DNA of 32,000 nt, from the NCBI GenBank assembly GCA_018266355.1, contig JAFEAP010000023.1, positions 151,758-183,757 on the forward strand. The letters run 5' to 3'. The stretch comes from Bdellovibrionales bacterium (GTDB lineage: Bacteria; Bdellovibrionota; UBA1018). This document shows positions 26,284 to 32,000 of this stretch, piece after piece. Below the pieces are notes generated by a model. The model was given only the letters and a program-made list of their open reading frames with translations, was not told the DNA's origin and ran no database searches. The translations under genes and the position numbers were made by a program. Numbering within the stretch: the stretch's first letter is position 1; every line of letters begins with the position of its first letter.

Positions 26284-26421
26284 CTATTTATGGTAGGCGC
26301 GGGGTCCCGTGGGACTGAACCGGCCGGTCGTGACCGAACTCCAAAGGCTGTAGCCGCGCGACGAGGCGACGGCGGCGAGGAAAATCAAAAGGGTTCCGAA
26401 GTAGAGGTAAAATTTTTGCAT
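26284..26421 (-). CDS. 45-aa single-pass membrane peptide (not in ORF track)
   Basis: Manual translation: MQKFYLYFGTLLIFLAAVASSRGYSLWSSVTTGRFSPTGPRAYHK*. It fills the gap between two tightly spaced operon genes. Confidence 0.55.
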   Translation of the reverse strand: MQKFYLYFGTLLIFLAAVASSRGYSLWSSVTTGRFSPTGPRAYHK

Positions 26422-26453
26422 AAAATCCTTAAAGCGCTCTTCGCGTTTTCCTT

Positions 26454-27833
26454 TCAGTCATCGCTACTCCAGTCGTCGCCGTCCCCGCTGTCGGACGGAG
26501 CGTAATCGCTGTTCGACCACCGCTCCGATTCGAAAGCGGACGAACGGAAAAAGGTGAAGAGCGGATAGACGCTCAGGATGAGCCAGGCGAGGAAGAAATT
26601 CGAACCGACCGAAACCCCGCGCACGCCTTTCAACCGGTAGCTCACCGGTGTCGGCGTGTTCGCCCCGTTCGCGGCGCTCGGCGTGATCACGAGGTGGTAG
26701 GTGCCGGGACCGATGCCGGTCTCGAGGTCGTCTCCGCTCGTCGATCCTTCCGACCAGCTCCCGTCCGAGTCGTATCCCGACCAGTACTCCGCGCCGACCT
26801 GCATGTCGTGGGCTTCGCCGGTGGAGTCGTTCACGAGGTCGACGTCGGCGTCGAAGTAGGAGTTGTTCAAGTCGGCGTGCAGGTCGAGTTCGAAGTTCCC
26901 GTTTCCGGTGATTTCATATGGTCCGAGACGGACGACCTTTTCCGCCGCCGTCGCGGTCGGTTCGTAATGGAGGGACTCCTCGAAGAGTTCCTGATGCGGG
27001 CTGCGGATCTTATGCAGGACGAAGAGGACGAGAATCGCGATCGTGAAGAGGAACCACGTGTCCCGTAGTCCCCGCCAGCGTTCGAGGTAGGGATTCGGTT
27101 GGTTCGGCGCGACGCCGATCGCGTAGGGAAGCGGGTTCGGCAGGCGGAACGCGGCTCCGACCGCTTCGGGAGTGAGGTAAGTGCATCTCGTCCAGATTCG
27201 TTCGGACTCGTTCGTCTCGCACGAGAGCAGATCCGGGGGATCGACGTAATCGGCGAGCTTCGACTTATCGCCCTTTCGCACCCGCCAGTAAAATTCGCCG
27301 ATGACGAAATCGACGATGCCGACGCTGTTTTGGAAATGGACGAAGGTGCGACCGCCGAGTTCGGCCCGCGGCTTCATGCCCGTCTTGAAGCTGATGCTGT
27401 CGTCGACTTTCGGGACGCCTTTCAGCGGGCTCACGTAGCTCCACTGACCGCCGGCCTCGGAGAGCCACCGGAAACCCTGGTAAGGATTGAAAAGGAGGTA
27501 TTCCTTCCAAGCGTATCCCGAGGCTTCGTCGTGTCGGCCCATCACGCCGAGGATTTCGAAAACGGATCCCTCGAATTGGCCGCGCGTTCCGATCGGGAGA
27601 TCGATCCGGCGTTTCAGGACTTGGCCTTTTTCGACGAGCTGCACGTCTTCGCGCGAAGTATCGAGGGTCGCGCCGCACGAGCCGCAGCCGACGGTGATCG
27701 TCTGGCCGACGGCCTTGATGTTCAGGGTCGCGCCGCAGCCTGGGCACTGGAAGACCCGGACGCTCGGCTTGCTCGCGGGGGGCGGCGCCGAGGCCGGAGG
27801 CGCGCCGCTTTCGGGAGGGAGATCACCAGCCAT
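26454..27833 (-). CDS. Zinc-ribbon DUF4178-like protein with TM segments
   Basis: 459 aa. VFQCPGCGATLNIK...VGCGSCGATLD; IGTRGQFEGSVFEILGVMGRHDEASGYAWKEYLLFNPYQGFRWLSEAGGQWSYVSPL; TM FLFTIAILVLFVLHKI-like segment and a TM near the C-terminus. Confidence 0.7.
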   Translation of the reverse strand: MAGDLPPESGAPPASAPPPASKPSVRVFQCPGCGATLNIKAVGQTITVGCGSCGATLDTSREDVQLVEKGQVLKRRIDLPIGTRGQFEGSVFEILGVMGRHDEASGYAWKEYLLFNPYQGFRWLSEAGGQWSYVSPLKGVPKVDDSISFKTGMKPRAELGGRTFVHFQNSVGIVDFVIGEFYWRVRKGDKSKLADYVDPPDLLSCETNESERIWTRCTYLTPEAVGAAFRLPNPLPYAIGVAPNQPNPYLERWRGLRDTWFLFTIAILVLFVLHKIRSPHQELFEESLHYEPTATAAEKVVRLGPYEITGNGNFELDLHADLNNSYFDADVDLVNDSTGEAHDMQVGAEYWSGYDSDGSWSEGSTSGDDLETGIGPGTYHLVITPSAANGANTPTPVSYRLKGVRGVSVGSNFFLAWLILSVYPLFTFFRSSAFESERWSNSDYAPSDSGDGDDWSSDD

Positions 27834-28467
27834 CGAGCACCCTCAGACCGGCGAAATGAAATTCGGGGAAGTCGACCCATTCGCCGACGTAGACTTCCGG
27901 GCCGGTGTCCGGAAACCCGATCGACGCCGTGGCGACGCCGCCTTCGCCGGCGGGAACCGTGAGGTCGACGCTGAAATATTTCTTTCCGGGTCGCACGACC
28001 TTCGGGAGTTCGCCCTGGATGCCCGCGACCCAAGCCTCGCGCGCGTCTTCGACTTCGAACGTGTATTTACCGATCGCGATCGAAGTTCCCGGTCGCAGGG
28101 CTTTCGGATCGAGCTTCGGCGCCGAGGACGAGGGCACTTCCTTCAGCATCGCCCAGTTTCCCTGGGACTCCGCGAGCCAACCCGTTTCTCCGGAGTCGAA
28201 GGCGACGAACCACTCGTTCCACGTCCCCTCCGCCCAGTCGACGCGCGAACGGCCGACGACGGTGAATCCGGAGCCGCGATACTTTCCGACGGCGCCGATC
28301 TGCAGCGGAGTCAGGTCGTCGGCGAGCGTCGCGACCTTACCGAGCGATTCGAGGGTGAGGTCCTTGCGGATGAGCAGGTTCCCGCACGACCCGCACGTGG
28401 TCGTGACCCCGTCGGCCGTGCGAAACGGAACTTCTGCGCCGCAAGCCGGGCAGAGGAACCGCGCCAT
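27823..28467 (-). CDS. Zinc-ribbon DUF4178-like protein
   Basis: 214 aa. FLCPACGAEVPFRTADGVTTTCGSCGNLLIRK; IGAVGKYRGSGFTVVGRSRVDWAEGTWNEWFVAFDSGETGWLAESQGNWAMLKEV. Confidence 0.7.
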   Translation of the reverse strand: MARFLCPACGAEVPFRTADGVTTTCGSCGNLLIRKDLTLESLGKVATLADDLTPLQIGAVGKYRGSGFTVVGRSRVDWAEGTWNEWFVAFDSGETGWLAESQGNWAMLKEVPSSSAPKLDPKALRPGTSIAIGKYTFEVEDAREAWVAGIQGELPKVVRPGKKYFSVDLTVPAGEGGVATASIGFPDTGPEVYVGEWVDFPEFHFAGLRVLDGW

Positions 28468-29465
28468 CAGGTGATCTTTTTCAGGAGTTCGGCTTTTTTA
28501 GCGTCGAACTCGGCTTGGGTCAGTACTCCGTTCTTCATCAGATCGTGGAGTTTCTGGATCGACGCCATCACGTCGTCCTTCGCTCCTCCTCCGGCGCCGG
28601 CGCCGAAGGATCCGCTCATCGCGGCCGCCATTTGGCTTCCCATCGCCATGCCGGCGCCGAGGCCCGCACCGACGCTCGCGTTCCCGTTCGGATTCGCCGC
28701 CGCCGTCGCGATCGAGTCCGCGGTTTGGAACTGGGTGTAGCGGCCGAGGTCGCCCACCATCCGCATGCTCGCGGCCTTGTCGAAGTAGGTCTGGAGTTCC
28801 TCGGGCAGCGTGATGCTCTGGACGAAGAACGTCTGGAGCGCGAGACCGTAATCCGCGAACGCCGGCGTGATCGCGCCGCGGAGGGTATCCGAAAACTTCT
28901 GCTGGTTCGCGGCCATGTCGATGAAGCCGACCTCGGCACCGCCGAAGTGCGAGGCCATCTGGGTCAGGATGATCGAGCGGAGCTGGCCCTCGAGTTCGGT
29001 CGCGGTGTAGGTCGGTCGCGTGCCGCCGACTTTTTGGTAGAACTTCTTCGGCTCGGCGATCTTGTACGAGAAGGCGCCGTTCGCGCGGACGCGGATCGGG
29101 CCCATCTCCTTGTCGCGGATCGTGATCGGATTCGTCGTGCCCCACTTCTGGTCGAGCTGTTCGCGGGTCGAGAAGAAGTAGACGTCGGATTTGAACGGGT
29201 TCGCGAACGCCTTGTCCCAATTCATCAGGTTCGTGAGGAGCGGGAGGGTGCGGGTGTTCAGCGTATGGAGGCCGGGGCCGAAGACGTCCGCGATCTTTCC
29301 TTCGTTCACGAAGAGGGCGAACTGAGTGTCGCGGACGGTGAGCTGGGCGCCCGTCTGGATCTCGCGATCCTGCATCGGATACTGGTTTACGAGCACGCCT
29401 TCGGGCGACTCGGGCCATTCGATGACGTCGATGAACTGCTTTTTCAGAAAATTGAAGATGCCCAT
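28467..29465 (-). CDS. SPFH/band-7-like (YdjI-type) protein with SHOCT-like C-terminus
   Basis: 332 aa. FIDVIEWPESPEGVLVNQYPMQDREIQTGAQLTVRDTQFALFVNEGKIADVFGPGLHTLNTRTLPLL; C-terminal ASIQKLHDLMKNGVLTQAEFDAKKAELLKKI. Confidence 0.8.
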   Translation of the reverse strand: MGIFNFLKKQFIDVIEWPESPEGVLVNQYPMQDREIQTGAQLTVRDTQFALFVNEGKIADVFGPGLHTLNTRTLPLLTNLMNWDKAFANPFKSDVYFFSTREQLDQKWGTTNPITIRDKEMGPIRVRANGAFSYKIAEPKKFYQKVGGTRPTYTATELEGQLRSIILTQMASHFGGAEVGFIDMAANQQKFSDTLRGAITPAFADYGLALQTFFVQSITLPEELQTYFDKAASMRMVGDLGRYTQFQTADSIATAAANPNGNASVGAGLGAGMAMGSQMAAAMSGSFGAGAGGGAKDDVMASIQKLHDLMKNGVLTQAEFDAKKAELLKKIT

Positions 29466-29597
29466 GACTCGGTTTTCCTCTCGGGGTGAATGTTCCTAAG
29501 AATAGTGAGGGGGTTCTCGGCATTTCCAGCGAAATCGCGTTCCGGCGAACGGTTCTATGCGGCGCGGCGCGGGCCTTCTTTGTGGTACACCGGAGGC

Positions 29598-30584
29598 GTG
29601 GCGAAAACCCCCCGAAAGTTAGACGGTGCGAAGGGCGAGATCCCCGAACGCATCGCGCGGCTGATCTCCGACATGCGGTCGGGAAAGCGGCTCGCGCTCG
29701 CACGTCTCATCTCGAAAGTGGAGAATCGCGACGAGGACTTGCACGAAGTGATGCGCGGGATTTACGCGCTCTCGGGCAAGGCCGAAGTCTGGGGCATCAC
29801 CGGCCCGCCGGGGGCGGGTAAATCGACGATGGTCGATCGCCTCGCCGTGCATCTCCGTGAGCGCGGAAAACGCGTCGCGATCGTCGCCGTCGATCCGTCT
29901 TCGCCGTTTTCCGGCGGCGCGATCCTCGGCGACCGGATCCGGATGCAGCGGCACACGAGCGACGACGGCGTCTTCATCCGCTCGCTCGGTACGCGCGGCA
30001 AGCACGGCGGGCTTTCGCACGCGACGAAGGAAGTCGTGCTCGTCCTCGACGCCGCGGGATTCGACGTGATTCTCGTGGAAACCGCGGGCGTCGGTCAGAC
30101 CGAACTCGACGTGTTGAAGCTCGCCCAAACCGTGATCGTCACGCTCGTTCCCGAGAGCGGCGATTCCATCCAGGTGATGAAGGCCGGGCTGATGGAGATC
30201 GCCGACGTTTTCGCGGTAAACAAGGCGGATCGCCCCGAAGCGGATAAGCTCGTGAAAGAACTCGTCACGATGGTCGGCATGAACGATCACGACGAGAATT
30301 CGTGGATCATTCCCGTGCTCAAGACCGAGGCCGTGCGCGACGTCGGCGTGAAGGAACTGACCGACGCGATCGCTTCCCACCAGGCGTGGCTCACGAAGAG
30401 CGGACATCGCGAGGAAAAGGGACGTCGGTTCCTGAAGGAAGAAGTGCTCGACATCCTCGCCGAGCGACTCGAGCGCACGCTCGCCGGCGCGTTCGAGACC
30501 CGGTCGGGTCAGGAACTGCTCGAACAACTCCTTCGACGGGAGATCGATCCCTATTCCGCGGCTGACGTGATCTCCAGAGTTTGA
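29598..30584 (+). CDS. meaB: MeaB/ArgK-family P-loop GTPase (methylmalonyl-CoA mutase chaperone type)
   Basis: 328 aa from probable GTG 29598 (track ORF from 29490). VWGITGPPGAGKSTMVDRLAVHL, VAIVAVDPSSPFSGGAILGDRIRMQRH, FIRSLGTRGKHGGLS, VILVETAGVGQTE, NKAD. Confidence 0.9.
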   Translation: MAKTPRKLDGAKGEIPERIARLISDMRSGKRLALARLISKVENRDEDLHEVMRGIYALSGKAEVWGITGPPGAGKSTMVDRLAVHLRERGKRVAIVAVDPSSPFSGGAILGDRIRMQRHTSDDGVFIRSLGTRGKHGGLSHATKEVVLVLDAAGFDVILVETAGVGQTELDVLKLAQTVIVTLVPESGDSIQVMKAGLMEIADVFAVNKADRPEADKLVKELVTMVGMNDHDENSWIIPVLKTEAVRDVGVKELTDAIASHQAWLTKSGHREEKGRRFLKEEVLDILAERLERTLAGAFETRSGQELLEQLLRREIDPYSAADVISRV

Positions 30585-30761
30585 CTCGGAGCGCATTAGT
30601 CCGAGCTATGCAGTTGCGTTATCGAAATTATTAAGGCGTGTTTCGGCTTGAATTCGTCTCTTTTCTCAGTGGGTCTGGTGTATAAAAATAAGTCAATTCA
30701 AGTAACTAATGCATCGCGTCATAAACGCATGAATACCTGACTGTTTTGCATTAAAAACGTC

Positions 30762-30789
30762 TAAAGTCCCGACAGTACCTGACCGAAAT
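30762..30789 (+). promoter_or_regulatory. Candidate sigma-28-type flagellar promoter
   Basis: TAAAGTCC-N12-ACCGAAAT resembles the TAAAG(T/N)...(G)CCGATAA flagellar consensus, upstream of a flagellin gene with a leader of about 200 nt. Confidence 0.5.
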
Positions 30790-30807
30790 GCTCTTTGATC
30801 GAATGGA

Positions 30808-30830
30808 CTCTGTGAAATGGTTTCACGGAG
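30808..30830 (+). promoter_or_regulatory. Hairpin in flagellin leader
   Basis: CTCTGTGAAA-TGG-TTTCACGGAG: 10-bp stem with one T-G pair. Confidence 0.45.
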
Positions 30831-30998
30831 GCCCATCTCGGTTTCGCAGGGGTACAGCAAATTCCTGCAAAAACAGCAATGGCCGTACGCCGTCCGAGAG
30901 GTGTCTCCCGGGGGGGATGGAGAAGTCCGTCCGCTTCCCGAGAAAAGACTCCGGTGGGCGCACGTCCTCGTCAGTGGTCCGTATGGAGGTAGGTAGGT

Positions 30999-31832
30999 AT
31001 GGGTCTTCGAATTAATACGAACGTGCAGTCTCTCGCAGCTCAACGTTCCTTGAGCGTGAACGGCAACAACCAGAAGCTGAATCTTGAACACTTGTCTTCG
31101 GGTTCGCGGATCGTCCGCGCGGCGGACGACGCCGCCGGCCTCGCGATTTCCGAAAAGATGAAGTCGCACATCCGGTCCCTCGGCCAGGATATGCGCAACG
31201 CCAACGACGGGATCTCGATGATCCAAACGGCTGAAGGCGCGATGAACGAGACGGGGAACATCCTCACTCGTTTCCGCGAGCTTTCGATCCAAGCCGCTTC
31301 GGACACCATCGGCGATACCGAACGCGGTTTCATCGATAAGGAAGTCCAACAGCTCGGCGCGGAAATCGACCGCATCGCGAAATCGACCGAATACAACGGT
31401 CGCAAACTTCTCTCCGGAGAAGGCGATATGCTCGAAATCCAAGTCGGTCTGAAGAACGACAAGGTTCTCGACCGTTTCCAATACGACGTGGCGAAGGTGA
31501 ATTCGACCGCGGAAGCCCTCGGCGTGGCCGGTATGACCGTCGCGACGAAGGAAGAAGCGCAGAACAACCTCGACAAGATCGACAAGGCGATCACGACGCT
31601 TTCCGGAAACCGCGCCGAAATGGGCGCTCTCCAGAATCGTCTCCAGTCTTCGATCAACAACATGCAGATCTATAACGAGAACCTCTCGGCTGGTAACAGC
31701 CGGATTCGCGATATCGATGTTGCGTCGGAAACTGCGGAACTCACGAAGAACAACATCCTCACCCAAGCAACGACGTCGGTCCTCGGTCAAGCGAACCAGA
31801 ACTCGATGCTCGCCCTGAAGCTCCTCGGATAA
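30999..31832 (+). CDS. fliC: Flagellin
   Basis: 277 aa. MGLRINTNVQSLAAQRSL...LEHLSSGSRIVRAADDAAGLAISEKM; C-terminal ENLSAGNSRIRDIDVASETAELTKNNILTQATTSVLGQANQ. RBS GGAGG at 30985..30989. Confidence 0.95.
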   Translation: MGLRINTNVQSLAAQRSLSVNGNNQKLNLEHLSSGSRIVRAADDAAGLAISEKMKSHIRSLGQDMRNANDGISMIQTAEGAMNETGNILTRFRELSIQAASDTIGDTERGFIDKEVQQLGAEIDRIAKSTEYNGRKLLSGEGDMLEIQVGLKNDKVLDRFQYDVAKVNSTAEALGVAGMTVATKEEAQNNLDKIDKAITTLSGNRAEMGALQNRLQSSINNMQIYNENLSAGNSRIRDIDVASETAELTKNNILTQATTSVLGQANQNSMLALKLLG

Positions 31833-31881
31833 TCTCCGGGTAGTTAAGGATCACGAGATCGAGTTGCCGAAGTCCGTTGTA

Positions 31882-31910
31882 AGGGAGTCGGGCCGTTCGT
31901 CCGGCTCCCT
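31882..31910 (+). terminator. Strong hairpin downstream of flagellin
   Basis: AGGGAGTCGGGC-CGTTC-GTCCGGCTCCCT, 12-bp stem with G-T pairs. No following U-tract, so it may be a leader or processing element rather than a terminator. Confidence 0.4.
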
Positions 31911-31918
31911 GGGCAACC

Positions 31919-31948
31919 GACCCGCGAATCGAAAGTCCCTCGCGGGTC
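31919..31948 (+). other. Second hairpin downstream of flagellin
   Basis: GACCCGCGA...TCGCGGGTC perfect 9-bp inverted repeat. Confidence 0.5.
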
Positions 31949-32000
31949 GATAAGAGGCTCTTCAGTATCCACCAGGGAGGGGGATCCGGTTGTTTTCCCG

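Noticed and set aside
27487-29703. ORFs 27487..28740 +, 28515..29489 + and 28498..29703 -
   Set aside because: Alternative frames over well-supported DUF4178 and SPFH genes.
30693-31790. 365-aa minus-strand ORF antisense to flagellin
   Set aside because: No family motifs, covers a noncoding leader, and opposes an unmistakable flagellin.
1-32000. CRISPR array, tRNA, rRNA or retron-like RNA
   Set aside because: No regularly spaced direct repeats or recognisable tRNA/rRNA signatures were seen on reading the intergenic regions.

Overview
High-GC chromosomal window (Bdellovibrionota/deltaproteobacteria-like by inference only) with about 27 supported protein-coding genes and no tRNA, rRNA or CRISPR recognised. 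Ordinary content: TrmFO, a XerC/XerD-type recombinase, DedA, a DMT transporter, a GNAT acetyltransferase, an M48 protease, a MeaB/ArgK GTPase and a flagellin. The best novelty candidate is a tightly coupled six-gene minus-strand operon (13123..~19475). It encodes an outer-membrane beta-barrel protein with a CsgG/FlgO-like N-terminal region, a TPR lipoprotein, a 790-aa signal-peptide/periplasmic/TM protein with a FliG-like cytoplasmic C-terminus and possibly FliF/YscJ-like periplasmic part, a cyclic-nucleotide-binding protein, MotA and MotB. This could be a noncanonical MotAB-powered trans-envelope machine. Second is a compact eight-gene operon (21719..29465): SPFH/band-7, two zinc-ribbon DUF4178 proteins, an untracked 45-aa membrane peptide, DUF350, a membrane-fused spermidine-synthase-like protein, an FAD oxidoreductase and a His-rich polytopic membrane protein. 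Other points: a low-GC insert carrying a metzincin-like protease whose signal peptide is separated from the body by an in-frame TAA; a GH46 chitosanase-like lipoprotein; a DUF1284-like domain fused through a TM segment to a second region; a 100-bp palindromic element with 21-bp near-perfect arms; and structured leaders around the flagellin gene. No database searches were run, so family assignments are from motif recognition.
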